In this document: one piece after another, positions 1-14,086 of the stretch
Layout of the letters: each line of letters begins with the position of its first letter
How positions within the stretch are numbered: the stretch's first letter is position 1
Origin: the human T2T-CHM13v2.0 reference genome, Homo sapiens
Reading direction: 5' to 3' (one strand)
DNA length: 64,000 nt
Assembly (NCBI RefSeq): GCF_009914755.1
Contig: NC_060930.1
Position numbers and translations under genes: made by a program
The notes under the pieces: generated by a model
Told to the model about the DNA's origin: nothing
Seen by the model: only the letters and a program-made list of their open reading frames with translations
The model's database searches: none

Positions 1-143
1 TGGGATTACAGGTATGCAACACCAAGCCCGGCCAATTTTTTCTATCTTTAGTAGAGACGAGGTTTCACCATATTGGCCAGGCTGGTCTCGAACTCCTGAC
101 CTCGTGATCCACCCGCCTTGGCCTCCCAAAGTGCTGGGATTAC
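1..143 (-). mobile_element. AluS, partial (window edge)
   Basis: Alu left-arm antisense sequence ending ctcccaaagtgctgggattaca. Confidence 0.93.
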
Positions 144-149
144 ATGTTC

Positions 150-300
150 TATATTATTGAATCCTCACAATACCCAGGTAGAGTAGGTATGAATTATGAC
201 TGATAAGCTGACTGGGGCTTGAAATGGTTAAGTCACTTGCCCAAGATCTCATTATCAGTGAATGGCAGGGTTTGGGTCAGCTTATAGTGACTCCCTACTG
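150..300 (-). mobile_element. MIR fragment
   Basis: aatcctcacaa...ggttaagtcacttgcccaag MIR core. Confidence 0.65.
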
Positions 301-343
301 TCAAGGCTGATTCCATTCATCATCAGTAATTCATGCTGCATGA

Positions 344-719
<376 letters not shown>

Positions 720-922
720 GGCACAATTTTTTTTTCATGTTCACCTTTACTGCCAGATTGTGAAAACAGTAATTGCTGCATCTTAGTAGAATGCCTGGCA
801 CACAATAGGCATCTGTATTCACTGAATTATTCCTGTGTTGATACTGCTGTTTTCAGAAAAATGTATTTTTAATTGGGAGCCTCTTCCCTCATCAGTGACA
901 ATAAGTTATCAGAAGACTGTTG

Positions 923-972
923 TACTCCAGCCTGGGTGACAGAGTGAGACTCTGTCTCAAAAAAAAAAAAAA
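923..972 (+). mobile_element. Alu 3'-terminal fragment
   Basis: actccagcctgggtgacagagtgagactctgtctc followed by poly(A). Confidence 0.88.
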
Positions 973-1429
973 ATTATTCTTTGAACTTAAAAATAAATGT
1001 TTAATTGTATTAGTTTACACTTTGGTCAAAGTATGACTGTTTTTGAAATTCTAATGAATCCCATAAGACTACAGTAGGCCTTTGTTAAATAAGCCAATGG
1101 GGTATGAATAAATGCGTCAACACACTATGCAGGTACTAATTAGGTAATTTTGATAAAAATTACAAATCACTTTTTTACTAATACCCACCGTATCCTCCTG
1201 GACATTACAACAAAATATATGTGACAAAAAAATAAAAACTAGTCTCTCTGATTTCCACTAAATATATACATGTGATTTCAAATATAGTCAACTTCTTTTA
1301 GTTACAGTTATTTTTGGCAGATAAAATAGAATTCAAATTTATCATATTTAGTAAAGTTTTATTCATAATTGGAAAAGAAAAAATCTGAGAAAAACAACAT
1401 AAAAAATTGAAAATGATTATACTACGTTT

Positions 1430-2224
1430 CTGAAAAAATTTTTCATTCTCCATGTATTTTTACAAATTTACACAAGATTGGAGTCTAGAGAGACTGGAAT
1501 ACATTTTATTACTATGGCTTTGTGTCTCAAAGACAATGCATTCTGTTTTAAGACAAGAAATAATGAACATTTTCCCATCTCTACAAATATACATCAACAT
1601 TAGCATTTTTAACAGGAGCTCAGCTTTCCATTGTATGATGCAATCAGTTCCCTACTATGGATATTTAGATTATTTCCTTTTATTTTTCTGCAATGTTTAT
1701 TCTTACATGTTTACCTCTGTGCAGTTTCCTATTGACTTTACTAGGCAAAACTTCAAAAAATCAAATCTCCAAGTTCTCTAAAAATGCATTGGTCTCTACT
1801 TACAACACTCTCAACAACAATCCCTGTGATCATTCTTCTTAGTTCTGACTGAGTCAGTAGGAAAGAAAAGCCTCTTGTTTGGATAATTTTTCTTCTATTT
1901 ATTGTTCATTTGTATTAACACTTTAGTAAGTTGACTATTTAAGTCCTTGCGCTAGCCATTGCTTTTCTTCTCATTAATTTTAAAATCCTCATTACATATT
2001 GAGGATATTAACCACTGGTCTATCTTATATGTTATAAATATTTTTTCCCAGTCTGTCATCTGCCTATCGGTCTTACCTTATTCTTGGTCATACGAAAGCT
2101 CCTGGTCTTTCATATTCAAATCTTTTCTCTTTTCCTTCATGATTTCTGCCTATGATATGTGCTATGCCTCACAAATCCTTTTTCACCCCCAAATTATATA
2201 GAACTCACCCATATTTTCTTCTAG
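1430..2224 (-). mobile_element. Old L1 (L1ME-like) fragment
   Basis: T-rich degenerate L1 3' ORF2/UTR motifs, e.g. ggatattaaccactggtctatcttatatgttataaatattttttcccagtctgtc. Confidence 0.65.
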
Positions 2225-2397
2225 TTTTATTTTTGTTATTATTTATTTTAGTTATTTTGGAGACAGGATCTCGCTTTGTGTCCAGGCTGGAGTGTGGTGG
2301 CGGGATCACAGCTTATGGCAGCTTCAAATGACTGGGCTCAGGTAATCCTCCTGCATCAGCCTCCCAAACAACTGGGATTATAGATGTGCACCACCAC
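2225..2397 (-). mobile_element. AluJ/FRAM monomer
   Basis: Right-arm Alu antisense with T-rich tail. Confidence 0.85.
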
Positions 2398-2414
2398 TGT
2401 TTTTACAATTTGAC

Positions 2415-2600
2415 TTTCAAACCTGAGTTTTACTTCTTACCAGCTATGTGACACTGGGAAGGTTCCCAGTTTATCGGTAAAATAAGACTAATAGTTGCTA
2501 CCTAAGTGGGCTACTGGGATGGTTTAATAAACCAATATAGGTAAAGTACTTACCATAGTACGTGGCCAGTATAAATCTAGAATATATTTTAGTTATTATC
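2415..2600 (+). mobile_element. MIR
   Basis: cttaccagctatgtgac...taaaataagactaatagttgctacct...gtaaagtactta. Confidence 0.7.
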
Positions 2601-2745
2601 TATTATTATCATCTCTTAAGTCTTTAATCAACTATAATTCATTTTACTGCAAAGAAAAATTATCTAGTTATTTTTCCTTCAGATGGCTCCTTCATTTTTG
2701 CAACAATTTTGTGGCATAATCCAATTTCAAAGATAAAAGGAAAAA

Positions 2746-3345
<600 letters not shown>

Positions 3346-4714
3346 AGATACTTGTTCTTAGAAAGATTTCTGAAAGGAACCAATTATCGCTATTTTTCTA
3401 GCTCCCACAGAGGTCCCATTTAAAAAATATTACCGACCAAATATGATGGTGGTGACTCTCACATTTAAGGGGGTGGAGGACAGAAAGGGTGGGGTGTGTG
3501 TTTGTGTGTGCATGGACATGATGAGATGAAGGAACAGTATCATTACTGGGGCCAGGGTATGCTAATCCATATTGTCTATTATAAGAAAAATACTTTCTTT
3601 TTTTTTTTTTAACACTGAGAAGGGTACAGGGAACAAAAAAACCCAATATAAAAAACTATATCAGCAAAACTGTGAGTGGGACAGGTTCTAGAGTTCCCCT
3701 TATTCTGCCCTTCTGGTGCCTTTTCAGCTGTGTGAACTCGTGGCCGGAGTTATACTTAACCAATTCTTCGGTTTGGTGACCTTCAGGGCACCACTGGTAT
3801 AGGAAAAAGAACGATAAAAAAGGCCAAATTGTCAACCAAAGCCTAAAAAGGCACTATGACTGTTGATACAGTCTCTGTCCTCTCTTGCAATCAGCTGTCA
3901 GTGAAACACAGATGATGGCTACACTTCATTCTGCAATAGAAAATATGAAATATCAAGAACCCTCATATGGTCTCTTGAAGAGACCCTAGTTTATCCAAAA
4001 GACCGAAGGATTTTTGTTTTTTTTGTTTTGTTTTGTTTTTGCTTTGTTCACTTCTATTTTTTAAACACAACAGTCCCTTTTCTCAGCATAGGAAAAGACG
4101 ACTTGCCAACTGCTTTTTGAACCTCAGTTCATGAAAAAAGGAGCTGTTTACGCTGAGTGGTGGGAATCAGGGAATTCAAACAGTGCATGGGTGGATCCCA
4201 TAAAAGACGCAATATCTCCACCCTAAACGTTTTCCGACTAGTTTACACTCAAATAGAATGAGGTGCTATTTGTCTAGGGGAAAGCATACCAGCCCATAAA
4301 CGAAGGTTCGTTAAGTCCCGTGGGAAGCAGGAGGATCTATGAGTATTTGTTTCTATCCCAGACAATCCGAGCAGAGCCATAACATTGTCAAATCCAAGAG
4401 GCCTGTGACTTTTCAGCAGAACCGATGCCAAAAAGGCGGTGGCCACTCTGCAGATGTTAGCTCCACATGCCTGGTGCAGCAAATTCACAGGGCAAGCCTG
4501 ACCTCACTTGTTAATAACCATGACCACAATGCCAATTTCCTCTGGGGTTTATGATTAGACCTTCTATAATCATGTGAACAAGTCTTAAAACACAGGCATG
4601 CCCAAAGTAACCCATAACACAATGTCAGAACAACAGAGAGAGCTCCTGTATGGAATTTCTACAAGCAAAGTCACAGACCTGAGTCACCCAACCCTGAGTC
4701 ACATACGATATGAA

Positions 4715-5014
4715 TCTTTTTCTTTTTTGAAAGAGATAGGGTCTTGCTCTTCCACCAGGCTAGAGTGCAGTGGTGTGATTATAGCTCACTACAGCCTCTA
4801 ACTCCTCGAGGTTCAAGGAATCCTCCTGTTTCGGCCTCCTGAGTAGCTAGGACTACAGGTGTGTGCCACCACTTATGGCTAATTTTTTATTTTTATTTTT
4901 TAGTAGAGATAAGATCTTGCTATGTTGTCTGAGCTGATCTTGAGCTCCTAGCCTCAAGTGAGCCTCCCACCTTGGCCTCACAAAGTGCTGGAATTATAGT
5001 CATTGTACCCAGCC
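4715..5014 (-). mobile_element. AluJ
   Basis: Diverged dimeric Alu, antisense. Confidence 0.92.
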
Positions 5015-6749
5015 TGACAGAGATCTTTGAAAAGCTAACACCCTTGGGTGTCCACACTTGTGCATAATCTGTCCCTACTTAGAACAGCAGCAATAGGCTC
5101 AAAGCCACCATGTGTGTGTACTGGGAGATGGGTAACCAAGGCAAATCTCTTTCTATAGCAAGAAAGAAACCAGGGATGGAAGGAAAAATGCAGCTATCAT
5201 TCCTACACCCAACATCTGATGACTGAAGAGGCACAGGATAAAAGAGTCACAGTGGGCTGTGTTCTAGAAAGTGAGAGAATGAAATGGGAGGATATAAGCC
5301 CTATCTTGTTTAAAATCTGCATTAAACAAGGCAGACACCTATGGCCCATGGCTGAATAAAACACTAAGCATGGTGATGCACAGATCAGACCTGGCATATG
5401 CACAGAGTATTTCTTGTTTTTCTAAAGTAACTACATAGAAAAGCATCCAATATTGGAACACGATCAATAATTTCATCAGTTTAAACTGAGCCCCCAGTTT
5501 TCCTTCCTTTCCCTATCTCTTCTCTTTGGAATCAGAGTAGAGAGAGAGAGGAAAAAAAAATAAATAAAGGCTGGGCTCACTATTTATGACTTGGAATTCC
5601 TGGGCCTACTCATTTGTGAGGGTGTTTTTTCACTTCTAAACAGGGCTGACAGGCACAGCGATTTTGATGAGTCTGGACTTGGCAGGTGGCCCAGCTCCAA
5701 ATCAGAGCACCTGGACAGCGCAAGACCAGACAGGTTCTTCTCACATACCTGAAGGGGTGAAGAATGCCCAGCTTGGATGAGGTTTAAATAAATTCCTTTC
5801 TCAAACATCTTTGGTGTATGGAAGTGCAGCTTTCAAAAATTCTCATATGTAGTGATTTCAAACCTGGTTTAAGTTAAATGACCAAAAACTACAGAGTTCA
5901 GATAAAGAAACTGAAGCTGTAAGGCTTGACTTGGTATTGCTAGATTTAAGTTTTAATCAACTACAGAAAAGTCTACCATTGAGGTGCCTGGTAAGAAGAT
6001 CCCAAGAAACCAGGCCATGAGGGTAATAGACCACGGACACATTTTCCACTGTAGCATTCAAAAGCTATCAGTGTTAGTCTGGAAGTCTGGCTTGCAGCAT
6101 GGCACGGCTGACTCATCCAGATGGATGTTTCCACCACAGCAACAGCACTGGGGCTGGCCATGAGCATGGTCTTTTTTTGTTGCTGGACACAGTGGCTGAT
6201 TCACCAAGGAGGAGGTCATGCAACCACTGCCCTGGGCACTGGTCTCGAGAATGAAGAAAGAATATAAAGCCACTCACCTGTGAAGAATGTCTTACAGAGA
6301 ATGTGTGTTGGAGTCATACAGGAGGGTGTTTCCCATAAAATAACTGCTGACAAAGTAAACCTTCATTTCTATCTTATTTGATGGTGTTTTACACCCCCTC
6401 TCTCTGACAAAGAAGGAGACCCAACTCAACATCTCTTCTGGATTGTGGGCTGCACAATATTTATAGTATTTGAGGCGAGGTTAAAACAAAGCCCAAACCA
6501 AATATAAGGATCCTAGAGAACTTCTGACAGGAGTGAGGGTAACTTTAGTAGTATTCCTGGCTAGGTTCTAAGCCAGAGCACTTCAATATGACTTCCTTAG
6601 GAGTCATATTGAATGACTCTTCAGGATGAGAGAGGAGAGGAGCACCATAGGCTGGAGTAGAATCCATAAAATTTTCACCAGCATACATGTCATTAACTAA
6701 CATCCACATTTACCAATGCTTTCAGTGCTCTCATAGGGAGCAGGGCTTC

Positions 6750-6905
6750 GCTAAACCTCAGTTTTCTTATCTGTAAAATGGGGGCAGTAATAGTTTCTAC
6801 CTGACTGGGTGCTTTGACAATCTTATCACCTAGTGCATGTAGAGGGATCGGCACAGTGCTTGGGATTCAATGCTCAGGGTTGTACTATCTATTGCTATTG
6901 TTATT
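6750..6905 (+). mobile_element. MIR
   Basis: cctcagttttcttatctgtaaaatgggg core. Confidence 0.78.
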
Positions 6906-7053
6906 CACCCCTCTAAACACAAGTTAAATGATGTTTCTGGGTCCAACAAACACCCTAAGGAACAAATGTGGACAAAGAAAGGGAGGTATTGAAGAAAATG
7001 GGATTTGATAGGATAAAAAATAGGTGAGTAAAGGGGAGAACAAAAAAGCAGCA

Positions 7054-7097
7054 TATATATATATATATATATATTTACACACACACATATATATACA
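7054..7097. repeat. (TA)n/(CA)n microsatellite
   Basis: Direct observation. Confidence 0.9.
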
Positions 7098-7159
7098 CTT
7101 AAAAAAATTTAACACGATTAGCAAAGCTCATTTATTTTTTAACATCCTTTACAAGAAAA

Positions 7160-7610
7160 ATTTTTCTTAACTGACCTTCTTATCCAATTCTCTGGATTAC
7201 CCAACATTCTCTCTTCCATCTATGAAATGCCCCCTGCATGCTAAATCACCCCAGCTGGGAGGCTACTCTCTGGACTCTCACCAGCTGAGTTATGCTTGTA
7301 CAAAGGGTCAGTTGTATTTGCTCCTAAACTGTTCTATGTCAGTTGTACTTCTCTGTAATTACATAATTTAATTAACAAATGCAAAAAAGAGGGTTGCTGA
7401 TTCTAAGAAAACTCTAAATAGAATGCTTAGGAACAACTTGATAAAGGTGAGTCACCAAAAGAAATGACAAATTGAGTATGAGTGAGATAATTTATAAAAG
7501 ACCATAAAAGAAAAACAAAAATCTGGGAGGATTTGGCATATTTTTTCATAAATGTTTTTTAAAATGGCATGCATCATTTATAATGAATCCCTACTTTAAC
7601 AAACTGTTCA
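7160..7610 (+). mobile_element. Degenerate TcMar-Tigger DNA transposon with a transposase N-terminal HTH remnant
   Basis: gaacaacttgataaaggtgagtcaccaaaagaa translates to EQLDKGESPKE, followed by ...KNLGGF. This resembles the Tigger/CENP-B psq-type HTH region. Stops and frameshifts are present. Confidence 0.55.
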
Positions 7611-7664
7611 AGTAGCAACTACTAGCATTGCTCATAACTATAGGGAAAACTTTTATGGTTTAAA

Positions 7665-7865
7665 CCCAATAGCTAACAATTATTGAGTGTTTCCTCTGTG
7701 CAAGGCACTTGCTGAGTGCTTCATATACATAATCTCATTTCAACCCACAAGATTTATAATAAGGAGGTGCTGTTATTATTGCCTACAGCCACACAGTTGG
7801 GAAGTGGCAGAGGCAGAATTTGAGCACAAGAAGTGTGACTCCAGAGCCTGTGCTTTTAACTACTA
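7665..7865 (-). mobile_element. MIR
   Basis: tattgagtg...aatctcatttcaacccacaa...gtggcagaggcagaatttga...tgactccagagcc. Confidence 0.78.
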
Positions 7866-8918
7866 GAAAAAAGACTTCATTCAAACAGACCACCTGAATA
7901 GTAAAATAATGAACCAATACAATATGCTAGAACAAATTAATATTGTAGAACTCAGCTAAGAAATTGGTTCTATTTTGGCTACTGTTGGCTTTTAGAATGT
8001 AAATTTTGCTGCACAAATGTTTTGTCTCATTACGATTCTGGTTAGTTAAGTTAATATTTAGTTAAGCAATATGAAGCAGAAATCATTTCTAGCTCTGAGC
8101 ACATAAAATCCCCCATGATGGGAACAGAATCAAACATGGCTGCTCTTCCCACTGCATTAGTCCACAGATTGGAGGTGCTCTTCTGTCCCCTCACAGTATA
8201 AAGCAATGCTAGCAGAATAAGAGGCAGATGTACAACCTTTCTCCTGAGTTGCAGGGCATTAACAATGCTCGAAAACACATGGCTTCAGCACATTTGAGCA
8301 ACATGCCATATGGCAAGAACTGTTATATAATTTCTGAGTCAACAGTTTAGAATCTCTCAGGCCAGGGAATGTTCACATCCACACTGACCCCAGATATGCC
8401 ACTACCAGACTGCTTTTTTTTTATTTTTGATATGAAGATTTCTGTAGAGCTGGGAAGAAAATAAAAACCAAAGTTACTGGAAGTCACTGTTATCTACTAA
8501 CATGGCACATTTTAGAAATGTTAAAAAATGTATTGATTCATTGTCAAGAATGCTTTAATTGCAATCAGCAGTGACTTAAACATTTACAAAGACTGCTTTC
8601 AAGTTTATCAGTATTGACTATAATATACTAACTTATAATCTTAAATGTGGATCTGTGTATATCTGCATGTATATATGAAGTTCGGGAGAACATATGAGTT
8701 TATGTAGAAATGCCATGCTCCAGGTATCTAATTCTGCAGGTTATTTCTGTTTTTTTTTTTCATTAGCCCTTACACAGGGTTTTTGCTTCAAAATTCTTTT
8801 TGAAGCAAAAAAAAAATTTTTGCTTCAGAATTATCTGCCAGACAAACATTATTACAACTACCTAGCCAAAAGCTAATAGGAGGAAGAGATAATATATTTC
8901 AAATGTAAAATAATTCCT

Positions 8919-9186
8919 GGCTGGGCACAGTCGCTCATGCCTGTAATCTCAGCACTTTGGGATGCTGATCACTTGAGGTCAGGAGTTCAAGGCCAGCCTG
9001 GCCAACATGGTGAAACCCTGTCTCTACTAAAAAATACAAAAATTAGCCAGGTGTGGTGGCATATGTCTGTAATCCCAGCTACTCAGGAGGCTGAGGCAGG
9101 AGAATCGCTTGAACCCAAGGAGGCGGAGGTTGCAGTGAGCCGAGATCGTGCCACTGCACTCTGGGCGACAGAGGGAGACTCCCTCT

Positions 9187-9218
<32 letters not shown>

Positions 9219-9230
9219 ACAAATAAATAA
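8919..9230 (+). mobile_element. AluS
   Basis: Long poly(A) tail; TSD aaatgtaaaata. Confidence 0.95.
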
Positions 9231-9589
9231 AATGTAAAATACCTCAAAGCATGATTCAATGCAATGTGAATGGCTTAACAAATAAGCCTTTAATTTGCCT
9301 CTGAAAAGTCCACTGGAACAGCTGTGTGGCCAACATAAAATGGCTGATTCATGTTTTATCAGAGAGCTGGAGGGGATCTGAGATCATTCCAGGCTGTATC
9401 TCCTCCTTTCACAGATGAAGAACAGAGACCCACAGAAATTATCCTGCCCAAGGTCTAGCAGTTTGTGGCAAAACCAGTTGTCATAAATCTCAGTACATTG
9501 CATTTTCTTTCCAAAGTGCTGACTCCTGTCACAATGAGACAATAATAAAGACAACGATAAACATTAAGGCAGTGCTTCCTCCTCCCTAA

Positions 9590-9805
9590 GTCGCCAGGTA
9601 CTTACTGGATTAAGCACTTTAAATGAATACATTATTTAGCCCTCAGATCAACCCTATGAGATCAGAACTATTAGTATCCTTATTTACCATATGAGGAAAC
9701 AGAAGGATCGTGAGATTCAGTAACTCACCCGGCCTTACACAGATAGAAGGTGTTAGAGCCAGGATTTGAACCAAGTCTGACTTAAGAGCCCATATTCTTC
9801 AACTG
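9590..9805 (-). mobile_element. MIR
   Basis: caaccctatgag...atgaggaaacaga...agagccaggatttgaacc...tctgact. Confidence 0.78.
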
Positions 9806-11094
9806 CTCCAACCAACCCACTACAATGCCATTATACCCACTAGAGAATTACGTGTTTCTAAATCAGAAAGTGGGAGCGTGGAGGCTCTTCCTATAGCTTT
9901 TAATAAATAGCAAGACATGATTGAGAATTTAACATTTTGACACACCACACAAAACTTAAGAGCCCTTGCTTCTCTTTGCTTTCTCAATCCATGCACTTAT
10001 CTTTCTCTGTCTCTCTCCCTGCTACCCCCCAGTTTTGAGAGCGGCTTTGAGAGTCCTGATCAGTATCAATGATGCCATTATTCATCGAGCCTGACAAATA
10101 GGTCGGTTTCAGGAAATATGTGCTTCCCCTTCTCCACTTCCCCTGTTTTCCACCAGATAATGAATGCTTCTATCTTAATGTTTTTATTCCCAATTAAGAA
10201 GGAATTGTTATTTTTTAATGAAGAGAAAAATTAGTATGGAAACCATCAACTAATCTACACGTAACGTATTTACTAGGCAGATTATTTACAATAGATGTAA
10301 ACTTGAGAGAATAGTAAGCATGAATTTTACCTTTTGCTAAGGAGAAGGAGCATCATAGTATTTGTATGATAATGGGAATATCTGAAGAACAAGAAAATAT
10401 CCTCCCAAATTTTTTAAGTAGACAGTGCTCTATGAGCTGGCAGAAGCCAATTTCAGGGCTAACTGGGACATGGTACTCAATGTGATCATGCAACCTAAAA
10501 TTTACTAAATTTTAGGCTATCAGTATGTTTAAAAATCATTTTGATCTTTTAAAATATATCTGAACTATCTGTAATGAAGAGCTACAGAAATCTTGAGTTT
10601 CACAACTAAATTTTATCATCTGTATGTAATGAAGTCATTTCTGGTTTGAAAAAAAAAAAGTTTGTTGCACATCCAGGCACATGAGTGATATATTGCAGAA
10701 GGCTAGAGTGTTCTCTGTGGGCAATAATGGAGGATGTGATTCCAGAAGATATGGAAAAGAAAGAGAAAAACAATCTTCCTTAAGCATTATTTTAACCACC
10801 TCACTCCAATAGCCCCTATTTTTCACCATATTAGTCTGAAGTTCTTAGAATTTCCTATTATCTGGCCTCATTCAACATGTACAAATAGGTCTCCCATCGC
10901 ATCCCCAACAAGATGCATCTTCTTATTTTTCTTTCTTTCTTTTTTAATCTTAACTTTGCAGCTGGGTTCCCCCCCGCCAAGATATACCTTCTGCTCAGAC
11001 CAGCATTACCACCATGGCTCTGTATCTTCCTTTACGGAAAAGTCAAATGAAAATATCATTTACGGGAACCTTCCATTAATCAGCACATAAAGTG

Positions 11095-11265
11095 ACCTAT
11101 TTAACCCTTACAGCAACCACATAGCATAGGTATTGCCATTTTTACTTTCTTCCATAGAAAACAAATTGTAGCTCAGAGAAATTAAGTAAATTGTCCAAGA
11201 GAACCAAGGCAGAGGTCCTGAAATTCAAACACAGGTCTCACGTCAAAATCCATGTGCTCTCCTTG
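11095..11265 (-). mobile_element. MIR
   Basis: gctcagagaaattaagtaaattgtccaag...attcaaacacaggtct. Confidence 0.68.
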
Positions 11266-11334
11266 ACACATGTCACTTCCTCTTGTCTGGATGCCTTCTA
11301 GGCTTCCCTTTGACTAAACTCTAAACAACTCATA

Positions 11335-11452
11335 TGTTGACAAGTAATAATCATATATATTTATGGTATACAACATGATGTTCTGATATATGTATCCCTT
11401 GTGGAATGGCTGAATCAGGCGATTTAATGTATGTGTTGTCTCAAATACTTAT
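11335..11452 (-). mobile_element. L1MA 3'-end fragment
   Basis: atatatatttatggtatacaacatgatgttctgatatatgtat...tgtggaatggct. Confidence 0.75.
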
Positions 11453-11789
11453 CTCCTCTATGTTCCATCTGCTCTCTGGTGCCTTCCCAGACAATTGGTG
11501 CCTTTCCAGATTTTCTCTCTTTAAAATCTGGTGCCTTTTCTCTTTCTCTTTAAAATCTGGTGCCTTTCCAGATTTTATCTCTCCTTGGATTTTATGTAAC
11601 ACTTAAAATCTATAAAATTTAGAGTTTAAATATTATCTCAAAATGTTATTTGGTATGCATTTCTTTTGCTTTCTAACTTATTTTTGGATTTCTCAAGGGC
11701 TTCATGGGCTGCACACACACAGTGGGTTGGGGGGGGAGTCATGAATACTTAAAAAATTATTGTGAGACTTTCTGGCTTCCTGAGTTATA

Positions 11790-12030
11790 TGAGAGGAACC
11801 AACAACAGACACTGGGCTGAGGCACTGAATGAGTGGTGAGAGGAGTCCCAGAAGAGACAGTGGAGAAGGTAGAATGGGGTTATATAATAAAGGACCTCAA
11901 ATGTAGTCCAAAGAGTATAGATTTTTTCTAGCATGTGATGAGGAGTCCTGGAAAGTATCTGAGAAGTGCATGAGAAGAGCTCCAGTTCAGGAAGATATAT
12001 ATGGCTGCATCTTGAGTAACATAAATTGAA
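11790..12030 (-). mobile_element. L2 fragment
   Basis: Purine-rich degenerate L2-like sequence. Confidence 0.5.
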
Positions 12031-12589
12031 CACGGTTAATGACGGGTTTGTATAACCATAGCATTTATCCCCATTTGTCTCTGCATCTGTAGGAAATGTT
12101 TTACTTTTGTTGTTGATTTAAATCTAAAAGTACACACCCGGCACAAAAATACAGAGTGCTAACAAGTCAAGACTGTTCCAGACTCTGAAGAACTTATTAC
12201 ATAAAGTCCCAAAGGACTGATAAAAAGACAAATTAATTACAACCAACATTATGAACTACTTACTCACTTTAATAAAATATATTGCTCAAGTTGTAGGAAT
12301 GATATTTGGAAAGGCTAATTTACCCAGTGTGAGCAACTGAAGGAATTCTCCTAGTCCAAGATTGTTAACTCTTGAAAAAATTATGTTATCAAACAATTTC
12401 TCAAGTTTGCTTTATATGGCAAGGAAAAACCTATCAATAAACAAAACATTAATTTTCTTTAAACTAGTCATGTGCTTTTACCTCCAAATCTTTTAAGGCC
12501 AATATCCTCCCTTCATTTTTTTGTTTTTAACTAACTGAGAATGTCATTCAGCTGATGCTCTTATAAGTAGAAATAAGGAGAAAACACTC

Positions 12590-12839
12590 AGTAGGAAGAA
12601 ATAGTTCACGAGCTCTATTGTACAACACGGTGACTATAGTTAATAACAACGTACTGTATTCCTGAAAATTGCTAACTGAGTAGACTTTAAGTGTTCTTAC
12701 CACAAAAAAGGATAAGTTCATGAGGTAAAGCATGTGTTAATTAGCTCAATTTAGCCATTCCATAATATATACATATTTCAAAACATCACACTGTACATGA
12801 TAAATATATGCAACTTTCATTTGCCAGTTAGAAAAATAA
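12590..12839 (+). mobile_element. L1MA (MA8/9-like) 3' end
   Basis: ctattgtacaacacggtgactatagttaataacaacgtactgtattcctgaaaattgctaa. Confidence 0.85.
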
Positions 12840-13152
<313 letters not shown>

Positions 13153-13571
13153 TGAAATATCTAAGAAAAAGGGGGCATAATCAGAAGCAAAAGAACCAAA
13201 AACTTCCTCCACCAAACCAAATGCTTCCCTCTGGAACTAAAGCAATTGTGACTGACTCCTAGGAAAGCCTATGGTCATAAATTATAAAACAGCAGTCATT
13301 TGTGTTGGATGGAATGAGGATAAAATACCACAAGGAGGTCAGGTGAACAATTTGAAGCTTAATAAAAATCTGTTCAAGGATTTTACAAGTAAGTGGCAGA
13401 CCCAGATTCTGAAACCAAATCTTATTGACTTCAAAACTCATGTGGTATAATTGGAAAGAACAGGTGTGAATTACACAGGGAAAGTAAAACTCCAGAGGAA
13501 TTAAAGAAAATAAACTCAATGGAAGAAGAGGCCAGAAGCCCAACTGTCAGGTGTAGAGGGAGAAAACTTAC

Positions 13572-13632
13572 CAGCGTATTTTGTAGTGTTAGATTCATCC
13601 ATGGACCAAAAGCAATAATCAAAGGCAAATAC
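13572..13632 (-). CDS. KIF13A: KIF13A 61-nt coding exon (probably exon 4), kinesin-3 motor domain, VFAFDYCFWSMDESNTTKYA(G)
   Basis: Minus strand reads ttttgttctttcattcag|GTATTTGCC...TACGCTG|gtaagt, with canonical splice sites. Contains the kinesin F-x-F-D motif and matches the KIF13A peptide as I know it. Confidence 0.97.
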
Positions 13633-13794
13633 CTGAATGAAAGAACAAAATATTAAACTTAAAGATTAATTAACTTCTTATGAGTAAATCAGACTAAAAT
13701 AAATCACAGGTGAAGATGAGAAGGATGGCCACTACTGTCTGACTGAAAAAAATCACTATAGGTTTGGTGCTTTTGTTAACCATAAAATTTCTTA

Positions 13795-14086
13795 TTTTCC
13801 TCTTTTTTGGGGGACAGGGTCATCCAGGCTGGAGTGCAGTTGAACTATCACAGCTCACTGAAGCCTCAAACTCCTGGGCTCAAGGGATCCTCCTGCTTCA
13901 GCCTCCTGAGTAGCTAGGACCACCAGTGCATGCCACCATATCGAGCAATTAAAAAAAAAATTGTTGCAGACAGGAGGTCTTGCCCTATTGCTCAGGCTGG
14001 TCTCGAACTCCTGGCCTCAAGTAATCCTCTCTCTTCTGCCTCCCAAAATGTACTGGGATTATAGGTGTGAGCCATCGCGCCTGGCC
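13795..14086 (-). mobile_element. AluJ
   Basis: Diverged dimeric Alu. Confidence 0.92.

Noticed and set aside
7380-7560. Domesticated Tigger transposase gene
   Set aside because: Only a short, stop- and frameshift-riddled remnant.
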